A DNA stretch of 64,000 bases from Thalia democratica. Its lineage: Eukaryota. Positions 1 to 15,200 of the stretch are shown here, piece after piece (within the stretch, counting starts at the first letter, position 1; each line of letters opens with the position of its first letter). The stretch is from the NCBI GenBank assembly GCA_965202585.1, contig OZ241830.1:33046001-33110000 (forward strand), written 5' to 3'. Position numbers and translations under genes: made by a program. Below the pieces are notes generated by a model, which worked only from the letters and a program-made list of their open reading frames with translations, was not told the origin of the DNA and did not search any database.

Positions 1-123
1 GTTGAATTTATTACTTTTGTTAAGTTCTTATTTATAAATAGTAAGATATAAACTTAATTCGCAAAAAATAAGTCTTAAATAACTACGAAAAAAATTGTTA
101 AAAAAACATGTTTAATCTAACAG

Positions 124-3100
124 ATCAATGAAATAGAAATAGAAGACGTGAAGGCAAACACACATTACCAAATCAATGTCAGACCTTTTAACTCAGTTGG
201 TAATGGACCAATTTCAGAAACACTAACAGTTGATACTCCACCAGGTATAAAGCAAAAGATGTATAAACTCAAGAATCTATTACTATTAAAATATGAACTA
301 AGTTTTCATTATAAACTTCTTTTTTAACCAAACTACTATTAATATTAATAATATTAATAAACTACTAATTCTAAAATAATATTTAATACTCTTATAAAAA
401 TAAACTTTTATGTGTACTAAACTTTAATTTTAATGATAGTGCACGGAGTGATATCGGTGGCTGAGGACAAGATCGAGTTGAAGCAGACAGACGGTAAACT
501 GAAGTTAAAAATACTGAGGGAAGGTGAAAATAGGGGTAGGGTTGTTGTGCCTTGGATGGTTAAAACAACATTGCCGAAATCTGCTTACAAAGTTAGTGAT
601 ACATGCAATTGATAACTAAAATTATAATTTACTATAATATTGTTTTGTTCTTTAACTGTTATGTTTTTAATAAGTTATAAATATAAAACAAACGTCTAAA
701 AAAATTTCAAGAAAAAAAAAAGGATTTAAAAAAAAAATGATAACAAAATATTTTTTTTACTAGAATTCATTAAATATTTGAAGTATGACTTTTTTTCGCA
801 GAACTTTAGCGGTCATGAAACTTTCAAGGACGGCGAAAAAGAGAGCACAATTAAGTTTGATTTACCCAGCAATCCTCAAAATAACGAAAAAGAAGACTTC
901 AGGTAAAATCTGAATAAAGAGTTAATGTATGTTTAAACAACTAATCAACTTTGCGTCTTGCATCAAAATCATAACTAGTTGTTTTTTAGCTATAACTCAA
1001 GCTCCCTAATGATATCTGTTTTAGTAATGTAAAATAAGTTTCTTAAATAAATCTTTAAACATCAATTCAGCATCATACTGGGTCAACCCACCGGCGGCTC
1101 GGTCCTCTCAGAAAAGGCCGAGTGTCACGTCATAGTCACGCACGACATCCAGCCCGGAAAAATACAATTCCACAAACCCTCGTACGAGTTCAACCAGACA
1201 GATGTGGAGGTCGTTGTGAAGGTGGTGAGGTCGGTGAACTGCAGCGGAAAGGTCAGGGTTCCGTGGAGGGCCATTGTTGAGGACGATCAGTTTTCTCCCT
1301 ACATGGAAATCGGGGGTCACGAGACCTTCAAGAGCGGCGAGGAAGAATCTCACATCAAAATCAAGATTCCACAGGTGAGGATCGTTTAACCTTCTAAAAT
1401 ATATTTATTACAAGTTTTTCTACAACTAAAACAAGCTTTACCTTTAAAGAAATAAATGAATATAGTTAAAACTTTATTGCATTCGCTTGATTATAAAGAT
1501 TTTCAGTATTCATTTTTTAATGCTGTTTTTGATTACTTTAGTAAACCTTAAGGTTTAGCAGTTCTGTGAGTAAAAGTAAAAACAGCACAAAATACTTTTA
1601 AAATTTTACAGGATCCGCGCCCTGTCCTCAAGGACAATTTTAAGATCATCTTGATGAAGCCAAAACCTGATAGCAGCATCATTGACGCAGATTGCAGTTG
1701 TGACGTCACAGTTGTGAACGACATAACACCGGCAGTCATTGAAATGCTGGAGGAGGATGTTAAGGTGAAGCAGTCGGATGGAGAACTGTCATTACACGTG
1801 CTCAGGAGCGAGGAACTGAAGGGAAGGATCGTGGTTCCGTGGAAGATCTTGCCGGAAAGCGACGACTCCGTTTACATGAACGTCACAGGTAATGAAAACT
1901 TATTTATAATAAACACTTAAAAAAGTTTGAGCAACTAGCTGTTGTTAATCATCAATATTTTGATTTGCTTAATATACATGTCTGTGATTATGTTTTTACA
2001 TTCAAAATTTTATTTTTCAATTTCATTAGAGACTTGTATGATTTGATAAGTCTGCTAAAGTTATAATACATAAAGTTTAATACATAATTTTTAATATAAC
2101 ATAGTTAAACTTTTTTTTTTTTGCATAGATTACAGATGGTTAACAAAATAAATATTACAGGTGAAGAGACATTGGAAGACGACGAAGAGAGATCAACGAT
2201 TGAAATCCAACTTCCTCAACTGCCTCTGTCCAACACAGAAGAAACTGTTTCTGTTGTGTTGGACGAACCGTACGGTGCTCCCGGAAAACTGGGCAACAAG
2301 AGAAGTTGCATCGTTACTATCAGACACGATAAAGGTTTGCTGAAAGTGATACTGTTTTACTACTTGACTCAGACTTTGATTTTACTTAGATGTAACTTAT
2401 GATTTTTTTTTACTGTACACAATGAAAGTTCTAAAATATGTTCAAAACAAAGTTCATATGATATCAAAAATCACTTTTTATCAGTATCAAAAAAGCAAAA
2501 CGTAATTTTCTAAAAACTAAAAATACATTTTAATTGCATCTGTAGCTTTTGCGCACCTTATAGTTATACCCAAAAGTTTTAAACATAAAACCTAAAAGTG
2601 TCTTTAGTAGCTTTAATATAAATTCAATAAAAAACTCACAGGAGAGGGAGTCATTGAAATGGAGAAGGCGCAGGTCACGTGCAAGAGTTCAGACGAGGAG
2701 GTCGTGGTTGTGGTGTTGAGAAAAGAAGGAAGAGGTTTCGCCAATGAGGTTGACTGGACCGCTGCTGATGGCAGCGCTAAAATCGGTGAAAACTATGGAC
2801 TCAACAAAGGTATGTAATTGAGGACTATCATTTTGACTCAAAGCTACATTCACGTTTTTGTATCAAACTTGTAATGTTACAACTAACAGTTAGTAAAACT
2901 GTAGATGTGTTTAGAATACTGAACTGCTGAAATATAAAAAAAAATGTTAAAACATTTACATTACCAAACTTAAGTAGATAATAGTTTTTTTTTATACTCC
3001 CATCTGCTACTAAAACTAAAAAATAAATGTTTTGTTATTTTGTTGTGAATAAAAAAAATATTATCAGGAGTGGTGAGCTTCAAAGCTGGAGAAGCTTCGA

Positions 3101-3235
3101 GCGAAATCAGGATCCCTATTACTAACGATCCATCGGGAGTTGAGAGAGACTTTGTTGTTAGTTTAGGCGAAGTTGGTGGCAGAGATGTTGCTGGAGAGAT
3201 CATGTCGACGAAAGTAACCATCTCTAATGAAGCAT
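124..3235 (+). CDS. Super-repeat unit 0 (FN3 second half + 4 Calx-beta)
   Basis: Exons B 124-244, C 440-591, D 802-902, E+5'F 1071-1374, 3'F 1612-1888, G 2161-2334, H 2642-2809, I 3068-3235. Confidence 0.9.
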
Positions 3236-6200
3236 GTAAGCATTTGAATCTTATCTCAACTTTGTAATTAAAACAACTTTTTGTACAAAATCTATTATTC
3301 AAATATTTTATAGATAATATATCAAAATTTACAATTTATAAATTTACCTAGTTTTTTAAAATAAAAACAATCGATTAGTTTGTTCAAATTTTCTAATAAT
3401 TTCCAACAGTGCTTCCAGGAGCTGTCAGTAACTTGGAAGGTGAACTCGCCAGTCCTTCATCCATACAAGTCAAGTGGGCCGAACCCGAAGAAGGGGGCCC
3501 CATTGACGGGTACAAAATAATATACTGGAAACCCAACCAAGACCCTAAAGTTATTCCGGTAGACAAAGATGTGAGTGTTATATATTAGCTTTGTTGAACC
3601 CAATGTTTGCTACACTGAAAGGATAAAAAAAGGATAGTTTAACATAATGTTGAATTAAACTGTAAAAAAAACAATAAATGTATTTAAGCTACTACTTTAC
3701 TTAAAACTTTTTTTTTTCAATTTAGACAAGCTAAAGCTTTCTGTTACTGACACTTCATTTTCCTTAAGTCTTAAACTTAAGTCTTAATCGTTTGTATCTT
3801 CGAAGTAACTCAAAAGTAAATTTTGAACGAGTCTAAGCTAACATTTTTACCATCAACTTATGAATTAGGTGACCCAAGGTGTAATCGAAAACTTGGACCC
3901 ATTGGTTCCTTACAAAATCAAAGTGGTTGCCACGAACAGTGTTGGTGATGGTCCTCCGTCTAAAACCTCATCTGTCGAAACTCCTGGAAGTTAGTATATG
4001 CAGTAATTTCTTATAAAGTTTTGGACTTGTTATAATATAAGTAGTTGTTTTACTTAAACTATAAAAATGATATAATGCAGATTATATTACAACTATTTTC
4101 ACAAAATACTTGAGATAGAACTGACTGTGTATTAAAATATGAAAGTAGAGTAAATGAAACATTATGGTAATGTAAAAATAAAAATAAGATAACGATAATA
4201 TATTATTTATAACAATTTGCTTGTAGCAGTAACATTCGAAAACTGTTATGCGATATTTAAGCTTTTAAATAAATAATGTTTAGCAACTTTGAGTAAACTT
4301 TAAGCTATAAGCTTAAGCATAACTTAGTTGTAATTGGTAAAAGTTTATTTTATTTTCACAGTACCCGGAATGTTTGAGTTTGAAAACAATGAGACTGCTG
4401 TTAATCAAAGCGATAAGAAGCTTGTAGTGAAAGTAGTGAGAAAGGACGGTAAGAATGGAAGAGTAATTGTTCCGTGGAGTACTTGTGGTTGCGAGGAGGA
4501 TTCTTATTATAAGGTAATTAATTATTTTATTAGCAAATAGTAAGTATAAAAAATCAACCTAAAAAAATTATATTCCATTCCAGTTAAGCTAATAGTTTTT
4601 GATTTATTTTAAGTAAAAATTATACTTAAACTCGAAAGTAAAAACTGTTACTTAAACTGAGTTTTAAAACAATGGAATTTACGTTTGAAATTATTTTATT
4701 ATAACTTTTTTTAATTTCCAGGACTTAAATGATCAAGAAACATTTAAGAATGAAGAATTAGACAGTCACATTGAAATAGATCTACCAACAAAACCTCAGT
4801 CGAATGATAAAGATTCTTTTGTGTTAGTTATCATTAAGTTTTGCCAGGTGTAATTCTTATTATGACGCATTTAAAAAAAAAAATGCTATAAATATTAGTA
4901 GAAGCTTGTGGCTAAAATTTTGTATAATATTCAAGTAACATTAACAGTATGTTAAAGGATAATTAAGTAATACTTAATCTACAGTATAAAACTGGGTCAA
5001 CCTTCTGGTGGAGCAAGTTTGGGTGAAAATGTTGAATGTCGAATCACAGTTACCAACGATATTTTGCCGGGAAAAATTTATTTTGCCTCACCGACAGTAT
5101 CAGCTAAACAAACTGATGAAGAAATTGTTGTGAAAATAATAAGAAGCCAATACACTGAAGGTAAAAATAGCTTAAAAAACTATTTGATTAAATTCATTCA
5201 TTTCGATATTCATATAGGAATGTAGTTTACTAAAATAAGTATACATAATAAAAAAAAAACAGACAAAGTAAAAGTTGGGTGGAAAACAGTCTGCAAAGAC
5301 GAGAACTCTCCGTTCGCAAACATTTCCGGAGTGGAGACATTCGAAGAAGATGAGGACGAATCCCACATCGAGATAAAAAATCCCCAGGAAGCCAGAAACG
5401 AAACAAAAGATAATTTCGACATCGTGCTTAGTGATCCGAAACCTTCGACTTCTGTTGTCGACAAAAACAACAAGTGCAGCGTCACCGTCGATAATGACGT
5501 CATAGAAGCTGTGCTGCAAATGACGAAGGATAATGTTAAGGCGAAGCAGAGTGATGAGAAAGTAGTCGTTCCGGTTGAGAGGACAGACCAGTTGAAGGGA
5601 AAAGTTACTGTTCCGTGGAAGATCCAACCTGTGAGCTCAGACTCCGTTTACATGAACATAGGAGGTTTGTTAATTTCTAACAAGAACTTTAGTTGTTAAT
5701 ATATAAGGTTGAGGTGTTTTAACATTAAATTTGACTTTAAAATATTATATTAACAAGTTAAGTGAAAACATAAGTTATACTAGTTTTTGGGACTGTAGAT
5801 TTTAGTTTTTGACTACTCTGAGTACAGTCAAGCTTTAAATTACTGTTTTTAATAGTTTTTTTTGTTGTCTATCTTAAACAGAACAACAAAATGTTTTTTT
5901 TTTTTTCTACAGGCGAACTTAAATTAGACGATGATGAGAAAGAAGGAGAAATTGTCATTGAAATTCCTCAACTTCCGCTGTCGAACACAGAAGAAACGGT
6001 GACTGTTGTTCTTGAACAACCATACGGTGTTCCTGCTAAATTAGGAAAGAACAACAGCTGCAAGATGTCCATCACACACGACAAAGGTCAGTTTTATTAT
6101 ATAATTATTCAAATGATTGGAAAATTTCAGAACGAAAAACATCAAAAAATATTTCAATTACACGTTTATAGAATATTTAAAACTAAATTGTGCTAATTAT

Positions 6201-9200
6201 ATTACCAATTTAATATTTTTTGATGACTATTATAAGTTTTATAATATTTTAACTAAGTTTAGAAATAATTATTTGTAGCTTGATGCTAATTCAACTAAAA
6301 AATATTTGTACTCAATGCAGGAAAAGGAATAGTCGAGATGGGATCTTCACAAGTAACTTGTTCAAGCGAAGACGATGAAGCTCACATTTCAGTTATCAGA
6401 AAATTTGCATGCGCTTTTGCAGCTCAAGTTCACTGGTCAGCTACTGATGGTGACGCTTTATTGCAGCAGCATTACGACATGAAATCGGGAGTTCTCAATT
6501 TCAAAGCTGGTGAGTCTCAGGCCAATATAAAGATCCCGATCTTGAACGACCCCAGTGGCAAGACGCGTCATTTCACCGTGTTTATCGATGACGTAATTGG
6601 TAGGGACAAGAAAGGAGAAAAGCTGGAAACAAAAGTGGTTGTTGCCAACAAAGCAGGTTATTGTTGTTCTTTAATTTAAACCATCTTTTTTTTTTCGTTC
6701 AAGTAGATTAAGTAAAGCAAATTTCATTTCTTAAAGGTAAATATACTAACAGCTTGTCAAACTTAAAAAAAGATAGTAAAAAAACTAACCTGTTTAAACT
6801 TGTAACTACTTATTTTTTGTAGTTGAATTTGCATCAGGGTACTACTAATATTTTCAAACAGTCCTCCCTGGAAAAGTGAAAGACTTGTCGGCCGAGTTGG
6901 AATCCCCCACATCGATACACGTGGCATGGAAGAAGCCGGAGGAGGGTGGTCCGATTACTGGGTACAAATTTATGTATTGGGACAGACCCGAGGAAATCAT
7001 CGCTGCTAATGTCGACCATGATGTATGTTTATATAATTTTTTTTGAGCTCTATACTTATCAAATTATTTTCACGACCTTTATAAGTAACTCTTTAAGAAA
7101 CAGTTTGTTGATGAAAACCTGATTTTAATATTTTTTTTATTAACTCATTGTAAGAATTTAACTAATTAAAAAGTTTTATTTTATTTTAAGTATGCCTACA
7201 CATAAGTATAAGTAGTACACATTCCTGAAATAAATAAACCAGTTCAGCTCAACGATACTTTTCTGTTTTTCTGATAGTTTAGGAATATCAAGGTTCAAAT
7301 TGTGTCTAATTGAAAAGTTTCAGATTAACAAACCAGTTTAACAAGAGTAGTTTTGTAGAAGTAGTTTTCACGAATAGTTGTGCTAAACTGTTTTTTTTTC
7401 ACAAAACTTAAATTTTAATTTAAAAAAGAAATGTACTACAAAGTATAAATTTAATTTTGTTTGCGATAATGTTATAAAGAAAAATAATAATGCCATTAAA
7501 ATTTCAGGTGAACGAAATGATAATAGAGCACTTGGAGCCGATGGTAAAGTACAACATGAAAGTTGTACCTTTCAATGAAGTAGGCGATGGCCCAGATTCT
7601 AAAGTCGTCTCTGTCGAAACTTCACCAAGTAAATACATTTTCCGTTAAGTTTAACTAGTTAAACGATGATATCTACATTAATTCATCGTAATAATCAATT
7701 GAAAAAAAAAATATTACTTATTTATCATAAAACATTATAACTGATTTATGTTAAACCAACTTTTACTAACTCTGCAAAAATATTTTTACTTAAAAGTTTA
7801 AGTTAAAATATTCTAAGTGCTAGAGACCAATTAAATACCCTAAACCGTGCAACCTTTTAAGCTCGCACATGATATTTTTTAGTACCTGGTGTAATTAGTC
7901 ACGAGAAACCAGAGGCTTCTGTCAAGCAAAGTGATAAGAAGCTGGTGTTGAAACTGACCAGAGATTCAGGTGTTAATGGTCGGGTTATTGTACCTTGGAA
8001 ATTGTGTGCTTGCAATGATGATTCGCCTTACAAGGTAATATTAATCATAAAATACTGTAATTTTTGCGTATATAGTGAAGGACGTTCTACATAAGTGTGT
8101 ATTAAAGTAGAAATATTAGATATTACATATATAAACAAATATACAGCAAATTATTTCTTATATAAAATCTAAAGTATTAACTGTAAAATAAAATGAAGGC
8201 ATAGTCATAGTAAAACAAAGTAGTTATCAAAGTAACATAAATATATATATTTTTAAATTAGCAAGGTTTATAAGCAAGATAAACAATTCTAGGAAATGGA
8301 AGGTCAGGAAACATTCAAAGACGGTGAAATTGAAAGTCACATTGAAATTGAACTTTCTGAAACTCCACAAAAATCAGACTCTGAAACATTCACGTGAGTT
8401 TGATCAACTAATGTACAAATTCGTTATTCGTTATTTTTCAACAAAGCAAAACTTGGAAGTTTAAATTCATAATAGCAAAAAAGTTTCTATAGCATAAATA
8501 GACATAATGGTACTTTTATATAATCGAAACTGTAAGTTACAATTCCATTTTTTTTTTTTTTCAAAAAAATTATTTAGCTTTTTAATATAAGTAGAAAAAA
8601 CACTGCAATAACTTTTCAGCGTTACTTTGGGTCAACCTTCTGGTGGAGCAAGTTTGGGTGAAAATGTTGAATGTCGAATCACAGTTACCAACGATATTTT
8701 GCCGGGAAAAATTGATTTTGCTTCACCGACAATATCAGCGAAACAAACTGATGAAGAAATTGTTGTGAAAATATTAAGAAGCCAATACACTGAAGGTAAC
8801 TATAAATAGCACAGAATTAAAGCTAAACATTACTTAAGATAGAAAAGTATGGAATTTGATTTATCTGCCAGGAGGTTTTAGTAAAGAAACTTTAAACATA
8901 AACACTTATACTTTAATAAATTAGTAGTAAAAATTAAAAAAAAGTAACATTACCAGTTAACTTTTTTTTACACAGACAAAGTAAAAGTAGCGTGGAAGGT
9001 GGTTTCAAAAGACCCCGACTCCCCGTTCGCCGGCCTTTCTGGAGTTGAGACTTTCGACGAGGGCGAGGAGGAATCCCACATCGAAATCGACGTGCCCCAG
9101 GACCCGCGTGACGTCACAAAGGATTTGTTCGACATTGTGCTCAGCGACCCGAAACCTTCCACTTCCGTCGTGGAGAAAAACAACAAGTGCCAAGTCACAG

Positions 9201-12200
9201 TCGACAATGACGTCATAGAAGCTGTTGTCAACCTGGACAAGGACGAGGTTGACGCGAAGCAGTCAGACGGGAAGATCGAGCTGACGGTCAGGAGGAGCGA
9301 GCAGTTGCAAGGAAACGTTGTAGTTCCGTGGAAGGTTCTTCCAAGCAGCTCCGACTCTGTTTACACCAATCTTTCAGGTATCTTAAAATTTAAACTATCT
9401 AAACATCTTTAAACTTTAACATCTAAACTTTTGAGCGGTTCGTTTTAAAATCACTACAGAGTGTTTACAACTAGTGTACAAAGAGCAACTTAAAAAATTG
9501 TATTTAATTCTTTAAATAAAAGTTTTATAATTATTATAATTGTAAAAATCTTAATCAGGTGATGTAAAGCTCAAAGAAGGTGAAGATGAAGGTTTGATAA
9601 AAATAAAACTTCCACAAGTAGCTTTGTTAGACGAAGAAGAAAAGGTCACAGTCGTCATAGAAGAACCCCACGGTAGCCCATCTAAACTAGGGCCAGAAAG
9701 AAGTTGCCTAGTAACCATCAGGCACGACAGGGGAGAAGGAATAATCGAGATGGGATCTCCACAAGTAACTTGTTCAAGCGAAGACGATGAAGCTCACATA
9801 TCAGTGATCAGAAAGTTTGCATGCGCTTTTGCAGCTCAAGTTCAGTGGTCGGCTGCTGATGGTGACGCAATATTGAACGAGCATTACGACACACAAACTG
9901 GTGTCCTTAAGTTCAAAGCTGGAGAGGCACAGAAGCTTATCAAGATTCCGCTTCTCAATGACCCAAGCGGTAAGACGCGCTTCTTTACCGTTTCAATCGA
10001 TGACGTAATTGGCAGGGACACGAAAGGGGAAAGTCTGACCACTAAAGTCGTTGTCGCAAACAAAGCAGGTAATTGGTAAAAGTGTTGAGTTTGTTTTGAA
10101 TATTAAATTTTTTTTGTATTGGTTTTTAGAAATTAGTAGTACGTTTTGTGAATAATGTTTGGTTATATTTTTTAATTTTTCATAGTTCTTCCTGGAAAAG
10201 TGAAATCCCTGAAAGGAGAGTTAGAAGGACCATCAGTAATAAACGTGAAATGGGAGAAACCTGAACAAGGTGGGCCCATTGACGGATACAAAGTTATTTT
10301 CTGGGACAAACCTGGAGATGAGAAGACTGTATCCGTAGATCCTGATGTTAGTTTTTGTTGTACCACAAACGCCATTGATAGTTTTATATTTAAGTTATTA
10401 GGAAATATATTTAAGTAATCAAACTAACATATTACTCTTTGAAAACATACATTTCCGAGAACTTTCAAGCCTAAGTAGATACTTCTAAACTAATTTAAAC
10501 TATAACTTTAATTTTAATTATAATTCTTTTATAAGTACTTTAAATAATCTTCTAAATTTTAATTCAAACAAATATTGACAATGTGAAACAACTTTTAAGG
10601 TTGAAGAAATGAACATAGATAATGTCGAACCTTTGACAAAATACAACATCAAAGTTGTTCCGTTCAACAATGTCGGAGATGGTCCATCGTCTAAAGCAGT
10701 CTCAGTAGAAACTCCTGGAAGTCAGTCTATCTAACTTTCATTTATTACTAGTATAAATTTCTATCACACCAAACTACTTGAGATCATAATAAAATAATAT
10801 CTACAAAAATATAAATTTTACTTACTTTTCTTTGTATACAACACAGTTTACATCATATATTAAAACTCAGTTCCGGGATCGGTTCAGTTCGAGAACTACT
10901 TGAAAGAAGTGGGTCAGACAGATAAGAAGCTGGTCATCAAGTTGGTAAGAAGCAGTGGCAAAAATGGTAGGATTGTTGTTCCGTGGTCAGTGTCAAAATG
11001 CGATGATGGATCCGGTTTCAAGGTAAATTTACTTTTAGTAGTATGAAATTTGTCTTATAAAGTAATTGACTTTTAAAGTCATAACAACAACTGATTTTTT
11101 TGTATCTTTTATTCTATTTAAGAGTAATTTCGAAAAGTATACCTATTTGTTCACTAATTGTTAACTTAATTTAAAAGAATATTTAATATGCTTATAACTA
11201 AACACTTTATAGGACTTGAACGGACAAGAAACTTTCAGAAACGGAGAAACAGAAAGTCACATTGAAATAGAACTACCAGAGGAGCCCCAGTCAGCTGATA
11301 ACGAAACATTTGTGTAAGTTTACACTTTTAACTATAAATTCGACATTTTAACGTAAACTAATGTTGAAACTCGCATGAGTGAGCAAAATTTATGTACGCT
11401 TAAGTATGTCTTTAAATTTATAAACTAATAATGTTAGCCTGTTTATATAACTATGTAGTTTAAAAAAAAACATTTGTGACAAAATAAAAAAGCAAAGTGT
11501 AATGCACATGTAAGTTCGAACAAAACATCACAGCATAACCCTCGGAGAGCCATCGGGAGGAGCCAGTTTGGGAGACAACACTGAATGCAAGGTGGTTGTT
11601 ACTTACGACGTGCTTCCTGGTCTGGTTGATTTCGTAAAATCTTCTGTGAATGCCAAACAGACCGATAAGGAAATCGTTGTTGCTCTGAAAAGAACTCAGT
11701 ATAAACAAGGTAATTTTGAATAATTTATTTTTGTTTTCATTATTTTTTCAATTTTTTTTTTTACAAAAACTGTTGCTAGCTTTTTTCACACAAGTTGAAA
11801 TAACTAAGTAATCACCTAGCTTAGTTTTGAAACTAAATGCTTTTTTAAAAATAAAATGATTTGTCAGTTTATTATGATATTCTAGTTTTGCTAACTAAAA
11901 AACCTTGTTAACAAAACAGACAAAGTAAAAGTTGGGTGGAAAACAGTCTGCAAAGACGAGAACTCTCCGTTCGCAAACATTTCCGGAGTGGAGACGTTCG
12001 AAGAAGATGAGGACGAATCCCACATCGAGATAAAAATTCCCCAGGAAGCACGTGACATCAGCAAGGACGTTTTTGACGTCATGCTCATTGACCCGAAGTC
12101 ACCCACCGCCACTGTCAAGAAGAACAACAAGTGCGTTGTGCAAGTGCAGAACGACGTCGTTCAGAGCTTGATTAGCATGGACGATGACGAGGTTGGTGCG

Positions 12201-15200
12201 AATCAGACTGACGGGAAAGTTGAGCTGAAACTGACGAGGAACGATGGAACGAAAGGAAAAGTCGTGGTGCCTTGGAAAGTGCTGCCTGACAGTCCTGATT
12301 CAGTGTATGCCAATATTGGAGGTGACTGCTTAGAAAAATATCAAGATATTTTATATTACTTTTAAGATATGTAATAGTTATTCTTAGTTTTAACGTTTAA
12401 TACTTTAAACAATATTGAAGTTTTACATGTTTGATTCAAGTCTAAGCAAATGTTACTGTAAGTCTAAGTAAAATAAGATTAATATTAAATTGAAATTACC
12501 TTGATTTATGATCTTGTTAGTTTTCAGCTAAGTAACAATAACATTTCTTAAATTTACAAATGCAAATAAATACTAGGTGAAAGTGTATTTGATGATGGTG
12601 ACTCTACAACTGTCATCAACTTCGAATTACCACAAACTGCACTTGCTAACCTAGAAGAAAAAGTCACAGTTGCTTTGGAAGAACCCCACGGTAGCCCTGC
12701 TAAACTGGGGCCAGACAGAAGTTGCCTAGTAACCATTAGACATGACAGGGGAGAAGGAATAGTCGAGATGGGTTCTCCTCAAGTAACTTGTTCGAGCGAA
12801 GACGATGAAGCTCACATATCAGTGATCAGAAAGTTTGCATGCGCTTTTGCAGCTCAAGTTCAATGGTCGGCTGCTGATGGTGACGCTGAATTTGGAAAAC
12901 ACTACAACCTAAATAAAGGTGAGAAAAAAAAAGCGTTGTAAACATGTTTTATTTTAATATTCTATAGCTAAACTAAAGTAAGACAATAATTATTTAAAAG
13001 CTTAAGCTTTAATACTTTTAAAATATGAAACTTTGTTTTATGCTTACCTTTAAAAAAATAGTTATATTAATTTAGATTTTTTGTAGCCTTTTATATACTA
13101 GTCTTTGTACATAAATTTAAAGAAGCTGTTATAGTTCTTACTTAATCGTATATTCATTTTCTTAAGGTGTTGTAAAAATGAAACCGGGAGAGTCGAAGAA
13201 AAGGATAAGAATACCTCTTTTGAACGATCCGAGCGGAAAGACAAGAAACTTCAGCGTTTCAATTAAAGAAGTGACTGGAAGGGACTCGAAAGGAGATTTG
13301 CTAACTACTAAAGTTGTTGTTGCTAACAAAGCAAGTAAGTAACTTTTTAAAACACCTTTTGTATCTTTTTCTTATTGAATAAGAAATGCATAAAGACTGA
13401 TTATTTTATTCTTTTTACAACAATTTTTTTGTTTCACATTTTGTTTGTAAAATAAAATTTTTATTTGAATATTAGTAAAATTTATTGCTAATTGTTGTTT
13501 TGTCTCTTTTTCACAGTCCTCCCTGGAAAGGTAGATGACATTGAGGCTGAATTGAACGGACCATCAGCAATAAATGTTAGTTGGAAGAAACCTGAAGAAG
13601 GAGGTCCTGTCGACGGATACAAAATATTATATTGGGACAAACCTGAAAGTGTCGAGACTGCTGAAGTCGATAAAGATGTAAGTTTTTTTGCTTTTCAAAC
13701 TTATTTTTTATTTTTCTTCTAAATTTTTTTTTGTTCTGTTACTATTATTTCCTTAAAAACATAACATTTTAGTAATCGCTTCTTATAAATGCATAAAACT
13801 TTCATAATAATTATACTTAACAATAGAAACTTATTAATTCAAATGTAATGTTATTATATATAAACCATATTGTAAAAAGAGCAAAAATGTTACAGACTGA
13901 GACTTATGCTGTTGAAGACTTGAAGCCGTTGACGAAATACAACATTAAAGTTTTGCCGTTCAACGACGTTGGAGACGGTCCTTCGTCTAAAGTGGTCTCT
14001 GTTGAAACACCGGGAAGTAAGTAGCTCAAAAAAAAAAACAGTTTTTAAAAATTATAAACAGAATTTTAAATCGAAACTTTCCAGAGATTTGCTCAATAAT
14101 TAGCTAAATACTTAAATTGATTTAAAGTGATATTTTTAATCATATTTATATCTACAGGAGCAGGAACAGTGTCTTTTGACAACAGTGACGTTACAGTTCA
14201 TCAGACAGACAAGGATGTGATTGTGAAGTTGGTGAGGAGAAATGGCGAAAACGGAAGAGTGGTTGTTCCGTGGTCCGTTTGTTCTTGTGACGAGAATTCA
14301 ATTTACAAGGTTATTTGAAAAATGCAAATAAAGTACAACATTGATTGACTAAATGTTTTTTCTTGTTGCATAAATTTGGATTTACTAAAGTTGTTTTAAA
14401 CTTATAAGTTTATTAGGACTTAAATGGTCAAGAAACATTCAAAGACGGCGAAAATGACAGCCACATTGAAATTGAACTTCCAAAAGAGCCTCAAGATTCT
14501 GACAGAGAAAGTTTCATGTTAGTTAACTAACAAGCAAACTAGTCTGTTGAAAATTTAATAAATAAAAACATGTTTTTTTTTTCAGAATAAAACTGGGACA
14601 ACCTTCTGGTGGGGCAAGTGTAGACGAGAATGATCAATGTTCGATTACTGTTCTCAATGATGTGCCATGCGGAAGAATCAACTTCAAAAAACCGAAGATA
14701 ACTGTAAAGCAAACTAGAAAACACATGTTCATCACCATTAAGCGAACAGACTACACTAATGGTAATTATTAAACTAAATGATTTTTTAATTGGTATATTA
14801 TAAAAAAGTACATTTAAAAATTTTTAAGACAAAAAAAAATATTTTACTAAGATTTAGTTAAATAGAAAAAAATATTAAAGCTAACTTAAATTATTGTTTT
14901 TGGTTATTCATAAGCATTAAATCTTAGTATTCTACATTTAAGTTTGCAAAAGAGATAAAAAAAGTTAAACGTACATTTATTTTTAGACAAAGTAAAAGTT
15001 CCATGGCAAACGATCTGCCAAGACACCACTTCCCCGTTCGCTAACCTGAGCGGAGTGGAAACTTTTGAGAAAGGAGAAGAGGAATCCAACATCGAGATCA
15101 AGATTCCTCAGGATCCTCGTGACGTTACAAAAGACAAGTTTGATGTCATACTGGGCGACCCGAAGCCTTCCACTTCGCAGGTACCGAAAAAGAACAAGTG

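Noticed and set aside
5495-5502. Recurrent TGACGTCA (CRE/ATF-like) palindromes
   Set aside because: Mostly explained by codons for conserved (N/R/F)-D-V-(I/T) residues. There is no promoter context.
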